Shown: positions 27,373 through 35,540, counted from the stretch's first letter. The stretch: 64,000 bases of DNA from Dehalococcoidia bacterium (GCA_009692705.1 SHYR01000002.1:20568-84567); one strand, 5' to 3'. A program made the numbers and translations. Notes: a model not told the origin generated them from the sequence alone.

Positions 27373-28637
27373 ACGTCCTCCATCCACCGCCCGCGGTTGA
27401 TGGTGCCAGTGGGGTCGAACTGCGCCTTCAGCGAGCGTACCAGTTCGCGTTCGCCGAGCCCGAACGGATCGACGCTCGCGCGCAGCCATGCCGGCCCGGC
27501 CTCCACCTGCAGGAAGCCGCCGTAGCCCGCCGCGAGCGCGCGCAGCTCGCCCGCCGCCGCCGCGCTCGCCGTGCCGTGCACCAGCACGCTGCCCGCCGCG
27601 ACGTGACCCCAGGCCGCGTAGCCGCGCTGCTCCGCCGCCTCCATGCTCTGTCGCAGCGCGGTCGCCGGCACGCCCAGCCGCAGCACCATCTCCTCCTCAG
27701 TCCCGCCGTCCGCGCGCTCCGCCGCGAGCGCGCGCAGCCGCCTCCACGGCTCGGCGTCGACCGCCCCGGCGGCGGGAGCGTGCGCGTTCGCGGCCGCGCT
27801 GCGCAGCGCCTCGACGCTGCGCTCGACGGCGGCGCGCACGCCCGCGAACTCGCACAGCACGTGCGCTGCGCGCGGCAGTCCGGCGGCGGCCGCCGCCGCC
27901 TCGCCGAGCAGCGTGATCGCGCGCGCCGCCAGTGCCTGCCGCCAGAGATCGAGCGCGATCGCCTCGGCCTGCGCGATCTGCGTGCAGCGCACCGCCGCCG
28001 CGCTCGTCGCCTCCGGCAGCGGCGCGAGCTTGAAGGACGCCTCGACGATCACGCCGTAGGCGCCGAGCGCGCCGGTGTGCAAGCGGTGCAGGTCGTAGCC
28101 GCTGACGTTCTTCACCACCCGGCCCCCCGATCGCGCGAGCGTGCCGTCGGCCTGCGCCACGTGCACCCCGAGCACGAGGTCGCGCGCGTCCGGCAGGTGC
28201 CCGCGCCACGCGCCCGGCCGCGCCGTCGCCAGCAGCCCCCCGACCGTGACGCCGTCGTGCGGCGGCGGATCGACCGAGAGGTACTGGCCGCGCTCGGCCA
28301 GCCGCGGTTGCAGCCGCTCCAGCGTCAGCCCAGCCTCGACGGTGAGCGTGAGGTCGTTGGGCTCGTAGTGCACGACGCGGTCGAGCCCGCCGAGATCGAG
28401 CGCGACGTCGTAGTGCTGGAGCGGCCGGCCGAGCGTGAGCGCGCTACGCCCGCCCTGTGGCACCACCACCAGCCCGGCGCCCGTTGCCGCAGCAAGCAGC
28501 GCCGCCACCTCCTCGCGCGAGGCTGGCCGGAACGCCGCCGCCGGGCGCACGCCGTCGATCGCGTAGCCCTCGGCGCGGCGCTCGCGGTCCGGCGGCAGCG
28601 CAGCGCGCAGCGGGTCAGTGGCGGAGGGGGCGGTCAC
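27369..28637 (-). CDS. glcE: Glycolate oxidase FAD-binding subunit GlcE
   Basis: FAD_binding_4 (PCMH) pattern: VVPQGGRSALTLG…VKNVSGYDLHRLHTGALGAYGVIVEASFKL. Confidence 0.8.
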   Translation of the reverse strand: MTAPSATDPLRAALPPDRERRAEGYAIDGVRPAAAFRPASREEVAALLAAATGAGLVVVPQGGRSALTLGRPLQHYDVALDLGGLDRVVHYEPNDLTLTVEAGLTLERLQPRLAERGQYLSVDPPPHDGVTVGGLLATARPGAWRGHLPDARDLVLGVHVAQADGTLARSGGRVVKNVSGYDLHRLHTGALGAYGVIVEASFKLAPLPEATSAAAVRCTQIAQAEAIALDLWRQALAARAITLLGEAAAAAAGLPRAAHVLCEFAGVRAAVERSVEALRSAAANAHAPAAGAVDAEPWRRLRALAAERADGGTEEEMVLRLGVPATALRQSMEAAEQRGYAAWGHVAAGSVLVHGTASAAAAGELRALAAGYGGFLQVEAGPAWLRASVDPFGLGERELVRSLKAQFDPTGTINRGRWMEDV

Positions 28638-28643
28638 GCTGCG

Positions 28644-30098
28644 CTAGAGGTAGACGCCGGGGGTCGCGAGGTGGCGCCGCGCGTCGGCCGCGTGGGCCTG
28701 GCCGCAGCCGTGGCCAGTGGGCAGGATCTTGCAGGGGTTGAACAGCTCGCTGGCGCCGAAGCCGAGGCGCACACGCTCCATCGCGCGCAGATCCTCCGGC
28801 CCGAAGATCCACTCCATGTACGACCGCTTCTCCTGCCCGACGCCGTGCTCGCCGGTGATCGAGCCGCCGGCGTCCACGCACAGGCGCATGATCTCGCCGC
28901 CCAGCTCCAGCACCTTCGCGGTCGCGCCCGGCTGCAGCTCGTCGAACATGATGTTCGGGTGCAGGTTGCCGTCGCCGGCGTGGAAGATGTTGGCGACGCG
29001 GAAGCCGTAGCGTGCGGTGAGCTCCGCCACGCCGCGCATCACCTCCGGCAACCGCGTGCGCGGCACCACGCCGTCGAGCAGGTAGAAGTTCGGCGTGACC
29101 GTGCCAATCGCGCCGATGCCGGCCTTCCGCCCCTCCCACAGCCGTGCGCGTTCTGCTTCGCTCTCGGCCACCCGCACCTCGCGTGCGCCCTGCTCACGAC
29201 AGGCGGCGACCACCTGCGCGGCGTCCGCCTCCACGCTCTCGCGCAGCCCCTCCACCTCGATCAGCAGCACCGCGCCGGCGTCCAGCGGGTAGCCGATGTG
29301 CAGCACGTGTTCCACGGCGGCGATGATCTCGTGATCCATCATCTCCAGTGCCACCGGGATCACCCCGCGCCGGATCACCGCCGAGACCGCCTCCGACGCC
29401 GCCTCCACGCTCTCGAAGTCGGCGAGCATCGTGCGCACCGCCGCCTGCACTGGCACCAGCCGCACGCAGATCTTGGTCACGATCCCCAGCGTGCCCTCGG
29501 AGCCCACGAACAGGCCGCGCAGGTCCGGGCCGGGCGCGTCGAGCTGGCGCCCGCCCAGCCAGGTGATGCGCCCGTCCGGCAGCACCACCTCCAGGCCCAG
29601 CACGTGGTTGACCGTGCTGCCGTGCGCTAGCGTGTGCGGGCCCCCGGCGTTGGTGGCGATGTTGCCGCCGAGCGTGCAGATGCGCTGCGAGGAGGGGTCG
29701 GGCGCGTACAGCAATCCGTGCGCGGCCGCCGCGTCCTGCAGCGCGAGGTTGATCACGCCGGGCTCCACCACCGCCACGCGGTTCGCGGGGTCCAGCTCCA
29801 GGATGCGGTTCATGCGCGTCAGCACGCACAGCACGCCCCCGCGCGCGGCGAGCGCGCCCCCGGCGAGGCCGGTGCCGGAGCCCCGCGGCACCACCGGCAC
29901 GTCGTGGCGGCGGGTGATGCGCACCACCGCCGCCACCTCCTCAGCGTTGGCGGGGAACGCCACGGCGTCGGGGCGGGCGCGGTCGATCGTCGCGTCGTAC
30001 TCGTACCCGAGCATGTCCTCGGGCGCCCACAGCACGTGCCGCTTGCCCAGTGCACTCTGGAGCTCGCGCACCACGGTGGCGAGCGCGTTCGTAAGCAT
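28644..30098 (-). CDS. glcD: Glycolate oxidase subunit GlcD (FAD-linked oxidase)
   Basis: VVPRGSGTGLAGGA…, RICTLGGNIATNAGG…, …GSITGEHGVGQEK. 484 aa. Confidence 0.85.
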   Translation of the reverse strand: MLTNALATVVRELQSALGKRHVLWAPEDMLGYEYDATIDRARPDAVAFPANAEEVAAVVRITRRHDVPVVPRGSGTGLAGGALAARGGVLCVLTRMNRILELDPANRVAVVEPGVINLALQDAAAAHGLLYAPDPSSQRICTLGGNIATNAGGPHTLAHGSTVNHVLGLEVVLPDGRITWLGGRQLDAPGPDLRGLFVGSEGTLGIVTKICVRLVPVQAAVRTMLADFESVEAASEAVSAVIRRGVIPVALEMMDHEIIAAVEHVLHIGYPLDAGAVLLIEVEGLRESVEADAAQVVAACREQGAREVRVAESEAERARLWEGRKAGIGAIGTVTPNFYLLDGVVPRTRLPEVMRGVAELTARYGFRVANIFHAGDGNLHPNIMFDELQPGATAKVLELGGEIMRLCVDAGGSITGEHGVGQEKRSYMEWIFGPEDLRAMERVRLGFGASELFNPCKILPTGHGCGQAHAADARRHLATPGVYL

Positions 30099-30141
30099 CG
30101 TGCGGCGAGTGTAGCATCAGCCCCGGGCGTGAACGCCGCGC

Positions 30142-30987
30142 ATGCCGCGCACGCAGCGCCGCGCGGCCCCGCACGTGAGAGGCGGCTGCGTGGCCGAACT
30201 GGACCTCGACGCCCTCCGCGCCGGCCTCGAGGCGGCGGTGCTGGCCGCCGCCGACGCGATTCGCGAGGTACTCACGCAGGACCGCATCCTCGTCGGCCAC
30301 AAGCACGGACAGGGCCCCGTGACCGAGGCGGATCACGCTGCCGACGACGTGCTGCACGCTCGCCTGATGCCGCTGGTCGGCGGCGCGCAGTGGCTCTCGG
30401 AGGAATCGCGCCAGATCGCGCCGCTGCTCCACGGCGAGCCGACGTGGGTGGTCGATCCGCTCGACGGCACGCGCGAGTTCCTGCGCGGGCTGCCGGAGTT
30501 CGGCGTCTCGGTGGCGTTGTTCGTCGACGACCGCCTCGCGCTCGGCGCGCTGGCGCTGCCGGCCCAGCGCGAGCTCTTCTCGGGGCTGCTCGACGGCCAG
30601 CGCCGCGAAGCACGCCGCAACGGCAAGCCGATCGCGGCACTGCCGGGAGGCGGCGAGGTGCGGCGCGTGGTGGTCTCGCGTCACGACTACGAGCGCCGCG
30701 GCCTGCAACACCAGATCCCGTACGACGTCTACCCCTGCGGCTCCGCGGCGGTGAAGCTCGCGCACCTGGTGGAGGGCAGAGCCGATGTGTACTTCTCGAG
30801 CGGGCCGCGCTCGGTGTGGGATGTCGCTGGCGGTGCGGCGGTGCTGCGCGCGGCCGGCGGCGAGCTCGTGGGCTACGGCGGCGATCCGCTCGCGCTATCG
30901 CCGCGGCGGGTGCGGGTGCCGCCGTACGCGGCGGGTGCGCGCGCGGCCTGCGTCACGCTGCTGCGGAAGCTGGGAGCGGCGTTTTAG
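30142..30987 (+). CDS. Inositol monophosphatase / CysQ family phosphatase
   Basis: PVTEADHAADD…, WVVDPLDGTREF, and WDVAGGAAVLRAAGG are the IMPase motifs. An alternative GTG start is at 30190. Confidence 0.8.
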   Translation: MPRTQRRAAPHVRGGCVAELDLDALRAGLEAAVLAAADAIREVLTQDRILVGHKHGQGPVTEADHAADDVLHARLMPLVGGAQWLSEESRQIAPLLHGEPTWVVDPLDGTREFLRGLPEFGVSVALFVDDRLALGALALPAQRELFSGLLDGQRREARRNGKPIAALPGGGEVRRVVVSRHDYERRGLQHQIPYDVYPCGSAAVKLAHLVEGRADVYFSSGPRSVWDVAGGAAVLRAAGGELVGYGGDPLALSPRRVRVPPYAAGARAACVTLLRKLGAAF

Positions 30988-31094
30988 CCGCGGCCGGCGG
31001 GAGCCGGGCGAGGTGGGCGCTGTGGGCGCGGTCGGGGCGCCAGGCGCTGCGGCGGTGTTGGCGCTCTGTTGGCAGATTGTGGGTGGAGAAAGTT

Positions 31095-31122
31095 TCAGGC
31101 CGCCGGCGTCCCGGCGGCCTGA
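31095..31122. terminator. Strong GC hairpin between convergent genes (possible bidirectional terminator)
   Basis: TCAGGCCGCCGG-cgtc-CCGGCGGCCTGA is a perfect 12-bp stem with a 4-nt loop. There is no clean U-tract on either side. A second palindrome, CCGAGTCGACTCGG, lies at 31141-31154. Confidence 0.5.
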
Positions 31123-31160
31123 GATCTTCGTGGCAGCTGCCCGAGTCGACTCGGACGCTA

Positions 31161-31316
31161 CTACTTGCGCTTCGCCGCCGGCTTCTTAGCCGCGGGCTTC
31201 TTAGCGGCGGTCTTGGCCTTCGCCTTCGGCGCGGCCTTCTTCGTTGGCAGCTCAGTATCCTTTCCAAGTCTCGTTTTGGGGTCTCTGTGTAGGCGCCTAG
31301 ACCCTAACGCAATCAT
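31161..31316 (-). CDS. Candidate small ORF ending in a Lys/Ala/Pro-rich basic tail (…PTKKAAPKAKAKTAAKKPAAKKPAAKRK**)
   Basis: Hand-translated; it is below the ORF-track size cut-off. The basic tail uses AAG/GCC/GCG/CCG codons (host-like GC3), ends in a double stop TAGTAG and is followed by two hairpins. The 5' part from the ATG at 31316 uses rare codons, so the true start may be the CTG at 31250, preceded by GGAAAGGA. Confidence 0.4.
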   Translation of the reverse strand: MIALGSRRLHRDPKTRLGKDTELPTKKAAPKAKAKTAAKKPAAKKPAAKRK

Positions 31317-31453
31317 AACGCTCGATGGGGCTAATGGAAGCCCTGCAACAACTTTTTTCCAAAGATCATGAAAATATTTTTCGCGCCCCCGGATCGCGAT
31401 CGGGCCGCTCGCCCAGCGCGCGGCGCGGCGATCGCCACCACGAACCTGTCCAT

Positions 31454-31489
31454 CGCCGGGCTGATCGATCGCGATCGATCAGCCCGGCG
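31454..31489. repeat. 36-bp perfect palindrome CGCCGGGCTGATCGATCGCGATCGATCAGCCCGGCG
   Basis: All 18 base pairs were checked position by position. It lies in a 380-bp non-coding gap with two further 10-bp palindromes (GATCGCGATC at 31392-31401, GGCGATCGCC at 31427-31436). Confidence 0.95.
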
Positions 31490-31697
31490 CCGATCAACCG
31501 CGGGCCGCTGGTTGTGAGCCACGCGCCGTGCGACCGCGACCGGCCGCGTGCCCCGGGCCGGAGCACCGGGCGTCGCGACGCGAGCAGCTGCTGCGGACGC
31601 GCGCGGCGCTGCGCCGAGTCGTCGAGCGCGCGGGCCGCGCCGCTCGTCCGGGCCGCGGGCATTCGGGGGATGGGAGCGGCGCTCAGGGGGCAGGCGC

Positions 31698-32273
31698 TCA
31701 GGGCGTCGCGGCGTTCCCGGGCGCGAGCAGGCGCGCCACCTCGGCGAGGTCGGCGACGCGCGTCAGCGTGGCGGCGTCCGCGGCGGGGAGGTTGCGGTTG
31801 CGAGGCCAGTCGCGGAGGAAGACGCGCGCCGCCCCGCGTTCCGCCAGCAGCAGCGCCGTACGCGCGTCGTCCTCGACGTGCGCCGCCGCCCCGAGCCGCT
31901 CGATGCACCGCAGCTTGAAGTGCGGGCTGCGGTCGGGGCCATCGTTGATCACCAGCCGCTCCACGAAGCCGGCCAGGCCGTGGCGCCGCAGCCATCCAGC
32001 CGGGGAGGTGCGGCGGCCGGTCAGCACCACCACCTGATGGCTGAGCGCGAGCGCGGCGAGCGCCGCGCGCGCCTCCGGCAGCGGGCGGCGGAGGTCGAAG
32101 CGTAGGTGGTCGAATGGTGCGCCCAGCCAGCGCGGTGGTACCCGCGCCGGCCGCGGCGGCGCGTGCGGGTCGAGGCGCCGCCGGCTGATGCCGAGATTGA
32201 TGCCGAGCGGCGGCCGGCAGATCACGCCGTCCAGGTCGACCGTCACGACCGGTCGCGCGGAGGCGTCGCTCAC
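31698..32273 (-). CDS. HAD-superfamily hydrolase-like protein
   Basis: Motif I VVTVDLDGVI. A later …VVVLTGR… and …HVEDD… are consistent with HAD motifs II-IV. It begins 7 nt after the Lon-like gene stop. Confidence 0.6.
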   Translation of the reverse strand: MSDASARPVVTVDLDGVICRPPLGINLGISRRRLDPHAPPRPARVPPRWLGAPFDHLRFDLRRPLPEARAALAALALSHQVVVLTGRRTSPAGWLRRHGLAGFVERLVINDGPDRSPHFKLRCIERLGAAAHVEDDARTALLLAERGAARVFLRDWPRNRNLPAADAATLTRVADLAEVARLLAPGNAATP

Positions 32274-32280
32274 CCCCGTC

Positions 32281-34797
32281 TCACTCGCGCTGCACCCGGG
32301 TCGGCGGCGGCGGCGGCGGGGGGGGGATGCCAGCCGGCGGCGCAGGAGCCGGGGGCGGCGGCGCGATCAGGCGCGTCACGGCGGGCGCGCCGACCTCCTT
32401 GTGGTTCGCCAGCTGGTGGTAGAAGGCGTCCAGCTGGTCCTCCACCAGGCGGTACAGCGTCCCCTCCGGGTAACGCCCGTCTTCGGCGCGCGTTCCCGCC
32501 GGCATGCCCGTGAGCAGCTCGATGCCCTCCTCGATCGTGCCCGCCGCCCAGACGTGGAAGCGCCCCTCCGCCACCGCCTGCGCGACCTCCGGTCGCAGCG
32601 TGACGTTGGGGACGTTGGCGCGCGGGATCATCACGCCCTGGCGGCCGCTGAGACCGCGTGCGCGGCAGACCTCGTAGAAGCCCTCGATCTTCGCCGTCGC
32701 GCCGCCGATCGGCTGCACCTCGCCGCGCTGGCTCACGGAGCCGGTGACCGCGATCCCTTGGTCGATCGACATGCCGGAGAGCGCGGAGAGCAGGGCGTAG
32801 ATCTCCGTGGAGGAGGCGGAGTCCCCGTCGATCTCGCCGTAGAGCTGCTCGAAGGTCAGGCTGGCGTTCACCGCGTTCGCCTTGCCCCCGAAGCGGTCGG
32901 CGAGGAAACCGCGCAGGATCAGAAAGCCCTTGTTGTGGATCGGCCCGGCCATGTTGGTCTCGCGTTCGACGTTCACGATCGCGCCGTGGCCGGCCGCGAC
33001 CACGCAGGTGATGCGCGACGGACGGCCGAAGGTGAAGTCGCCGAGGTCGTACACCGAGAGCGCGTTGATTTGGCCGGTGATCGACTGCTCGGTGTCGATC
33101 AGCAGCGAGCCGTCGTCGATCATCTGCTGGATGCGGTCGCGCAGCAGCGAGGAGCGGTACTCGCGCTCCTCCAGCGCGCGCTCGACGTGCTTGCGGCGCA
33201 CGGTTTCCTCTTCGGCGGCCTCGGCCCAGAAGTTCGCCTCGTGGATCAGATCCGTGAAGGTGCCGAGGTTGCCGGAAAGCCGCCGCTGGTCACCCACCAT
33301 GCGCGAGGAATGCTCGATCAGCCGCGCGACCGCCTCCCGGTCGAAGTGCCGCAGGCTGCCCAGCTCGCACTGGTTGCGGACCACGGAGGCGAGGCCGAGC
33401 ACGTTATCGCGACTCCGCTCGAAGTCCAGCTCGAAGTCGGCCTTTACGCGGAAGAGGTCGCGGAAGTCCGGGTCGAAGCGGAACAGCGCGGCGTAGAGCT
33501 CCGCGTCGCCGATGATCACGACCTTCACCCGCGCCGGCATCGGCTCCGGGCGCAATCCCAGCGTCGGCACCATGCCCAGCGACTCGCCGAGGTTCTCGAC
33601 CGCGACCTCGCCGCTGGAGAGCGCGCGCTTCAGGCCCTCGTAGGCCTGCGAGTTCATGATCAGGTCGCGGATGCGCACCACCAGGAACCCGCCCGCGGCG
33701 CGCGCCAGCGAGCCCGCCTTGATCAACGTGTGGTCCGTCACCATCGTCCCTAGCTGCCCGGCGTAGTCGATGCGGCCCAGCAGGTTGTAGTAGGTCGGGT
33801 GCCGCTCCACGATCACGGGCGCCCCCGCGTGCTCGTCGTGCGTGACGTAGACGTTGACCTCGTAGCGCCGCAGCTCCAGTGCCTGCTGCCCCGTCTGGCC
33901 GAGCATGGCGGCGAGCTGCGGCGGCACCTGCGCGTGCTGGTGCTGTGCCCGTTCGCGGTTGCGCTGCAGATCGTCGCGCAGCGCGCCGACGAAGCGCGCG
34001 ATCTCCTCGTAGTCGGCGTAGCGCTCGAGCAGTGACTGGAACAGGTGCTCGATCGCGAACGCCGCCACCTGGTCGTCCAGCGCGCGCAGCTCGTCCTGAG
34101 CGCCGCGCTCGAGCGCGCGCACCTCGAGCATCGTCTCCTGCACCCCGCGCTCGAGCTCCTTGGAGGCGGCCTGGATGCGCTCGCGCTCGGACGTGGAGAG
34201 CGCCACGAACTCCTGGTCGGTGATCGGGTGCCCGTCCCGGATCGGTGCCGAAGAGATGCCCTGCGGCGTCATCTGGAGGAAGAAGCCCAGCTCGAGCGCG
34301 CGCGCGGTCAGGCGTTCCAGCAGCACCCCCCGCCGCTGCTCCAGCCGCTGCGCAAACCCGGCGTGCTGCTGCGCGTAGGAGTCCGACTCGAACGCCTGCC
34401 GCAGCTCGCGGGTGGAGGCCTCCACGGTCTCCTGCACCTGGGCGGCGAATGCCCGGCCCTGGCCGGCGGGCAGCCGGATGCCCACCGGACGATCGGGGTC
34501 CGCGAAGTTGTGCACGTACACCCAGTCCGGCGGAGCGGGCAGTTGCCCCGCCCGGCGGCGCAAGAACGACTCCACGATCGTGGCTTTGCCGAAGCCGTCC
34601 GGACCGGCGGCGTAGAGGTTGTAGCCGCGCGCGTCCATGCCGAGCGCGAACTCGATCGCGCGCACCGCGCGCTCCTGCCCGAAGACCGCGTCGAGCGCCG
34701 GCAGCTCGCCGGTGGTCTCGAACGGCAGCTCGGCCGGATTGCAGCGGCCGACGAGGCGCTCGCCCTCCACCCGCAGCCGCTGTCGTGAGTCGCTCAT
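32281..34797 (-). CDS. Lon-like protease: AAA+ (AAA_32-type) N-terminal ATPase with a long helical insertion plus a Lon S16 C-terminal protease domain
   Basis: 838 aa. Walker A LYAAGPDGFGKAT. C-terminal Lon_C-like region …GDSASSTEIYALLSALSGMSIDQGIAVTGSVSQRGEVQPIGGATAKIEGF… (Ser…Lys dyad context). Pro-rich tail PPPPAPAPPAGIPPPPPPPP. Confidence 0.8.
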   Translation of the reverse strand: MSDSRQRLRVEGERLVGRCNPAELPFETTGELPALDAVFGQERAVRAIEFALGMDARGYNLYAAGPDGFGKATIVESFLRRRAGQLPAPPDWVYVHNFADPDRPVGIRLPAGQGRAFAAQVQETVEASTRELRQAFESDSYAQQHAGFAQRLEQRRGVLLERLTARALELGFFLQMTPQGISSAPIRDGHPITDQEFVALSTSERERIQAASKELERGVQETMLEVRALERGAQDELRALDDQVAAFAIEHLFQSLLERYADYEEIARFVGALRDDLQRNRERAQHQHAQVPPQLAAMLGQTGQQALELRRYEVNVYVTHDEHAGAPVIVERHPTYYNLLGRIDYAGQLGTMVTDHTLIKAGSLARAAGGFLVVRIRDLIMNSQAYEGLKRALSSGEVAVENLGESLGMVPTLGLRPEPMPARVKVVIIGDAELYAALFRFDPDFRDLFRVKADFELDFERSRDNVLGLASVVRNQCELGSLRHFDREAVARLIEHSSRMVGDQRRLSGNLGTFTDLIHEANFWAEAAEEETVRRKHVERALEEREYRSSLLRDRIQQMIDDGSLLIDTEQSITGQINALSVYDLGDFTFGRPSRITCVVAAGHGAIVNVERETNMAGPIHNKGFLILRGFLADRFGGKANAVNASLTFEQLYGEIDGDSASSTEIYALLSALSGMSIDQGIAVTGSVSQRGEVQPIGGATAKIEGFYEVCRARGLSGRQGVMIPRANVPNVTLRPEVAQAVAEGRFHVWAAGTIEEGIELLTGMPAGTRAEDGRYPEGTLYRLVEDQLDAFYHQLANHKEVGAPAVTRLIAPPPPAPAPPAGIPPPPPPPPTRVQRE

Positions 34798-35081
34798 GCT
34801 GGGGCTATCCTCTCGCGAGCGGCGTGCAAGCCGGCCGAGTCCATCATCTTGACGTTTGAATAACTGAACGTCTCGTTCTTCGTCGTCAAGTTTTCGATCT
34901 TCAATGTAGGCGGAGCGGTCGAGGTCAACGTCACTTGGAATGTCTCATCGACTTGGACGGGCTGTCCGACGCTCAGATCTGAGGTCTCTGTCACAGACTG
35001 CGACACTCTCGCAACGGTTATCACCGCGCAGAGTGCCGTCCAGATAAGCATCACCCAGGTTGACTTGCGGAAGCGCTTCAT
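34794..35081 (-). CDS. Small membrane-anchored/secreted protein of low G+C, translationally coupled (ATGA) to the Lon-like gene
   Basis: The ATG at 35081 is preceded by AGGAG. Sequence: MKRFRKSTWVMLIWTALCAVITVARVSQSVTETSDLSVGQPVQVDETFQVTLTSTAPPTLKIENLTTKNETF… It has one N-terminal TM/signal anchor and then beta-rich sequence. Hand count is ~54% G+C over 34861-35080, against ~72% in the adjacent Lon gene. Confidence 0.6.
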   Translation of the reverse strand: MKRFRKSTWVMLIWTALCAVITVARVSQSVTETSDLSVGQPVQVDETFQVTLTSTAPPTLKIENLTTKNETFSYSNVKMMDSAGLHAARERIAPA

Positions 35082-35234
35082 AGCTCGTGTGCTCCTGCCC
35101 ACGCCCCCGCATCGCCGTGACTGATTGGCCCCCTGGTCGGGCGCGATGATAGCAAGCTGCACGGTGCGGCCGCTCGCCGGTTGTACGGCAGCGGACTCGG
35201 CGCTAGGCTGGTTACCCGGTCGGTGTTCGCCGGC

Positions 35235-35311
35235 GGGCGGTTAGCTCAGTTGGTACGAGCGCCCGCTTCACACGCGGGAGGTCACTGGTTCGAGTCCAGT
35301 ACCGCCCACCA
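35235..35311 (+). tRNA. tRNA-Val (anticodon CAC)
   Basis: Cloverleaf folded by hand: acceptor GGGCGGT/ACCGCCC, D arm GCTC…GAGC, anticodon stem CCCGC/GCGGG with loop TTCACAC, T arm ACTGG-TTCGAGT-CCAGT, encoded CCA. Confidence 0.9.
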
Positions 35312-35338
35312 ACGAGCGAGCCCGCTGGTGGATGAACG

Positions 35339-35425
35339 TGCCGAAGTGGCGGAACCGGCAGACGCGCTGCGTTCAGGGCGCAGTGAGGGTTACCTCGTGC
35401 GAGTTCAAATCTCGCCTTCGGCACC
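35339..35425 (+). tRNA. tRNA-Leu (anticodon CAG), class II with long variable arm
   Basis: Acceptor GCCGAAG/CTTCGGC, anticodon stem CTGCG/CGCAG with loop TTCAGGG, long variable arm, T arm GCGAG-TTCAAAT-CTCGC, encoded CCA. Confidence 0.9.
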
Positions 35426-35464
35426 ACCTCCACGCTGTGGCATCGATACGGGGTCCGGGTTCTC

Positions 35465-35540
35465 GCGCTCGTAGCTCAGGGGATAGAGCGCTGCCCTGCG
35501 GAGGCAGAGGTCGAAGGTTCGAATCCTTCCGGGCGCACCA
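35465..35540 (+). tRNA. tRNA-Arg (anticodon GCG)
   Basis: Acceptor GCGCTCG/CGGGCGC (one G-U pair), anticodon stem CTGCC/GGCAG with loop CTGCGGA, T arm GAAGG-TTCGAAT-CCTTC, encoded CCA. Confidence 0.9.

Noticed and set aside
31165-31371. Plus-strand 68-aa hydrophobic ORF (MRFAAGFLAAGFLAAVLAFAFGAAFF…) as a small membrane peptide.
   Set aside because: It is the mirror image of the Lys/Ala-rich minus-strand frame. It needs a TTG start and rare TTA codons, and it runs into the AT-rich leader. The minus-strand reading has better codon bias, a double stop and downstream hairpins. Neither reading is proven.
31520-31697. Possible ncRNA or riboswitch in the long non-coding gap downstream of the HAD gene. 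The same question applies to other gaps: 45398-45563 and 58160-58307.
   Set aside because: I could not recognise any conserved RNA family signature (SRP RNA, tmRNA, RNase P, 6S, common riboswitch cores) by eye. A covariance-model scan (Rfam/Infernal) would be needed.
35235-35540. The tRNA-Val/Leu/Arg cluster as an integration site for a genomic island that includes the low-GC gene.
   Set aside because: The low-GC gene lies on the 5' side of the tRNAs and on the opposite strand. There is no integrase and no repeat of a tRNA 3' end, and the compositional dip covers only ~250 bp. I kept it as a compositional oddity, not as an island.
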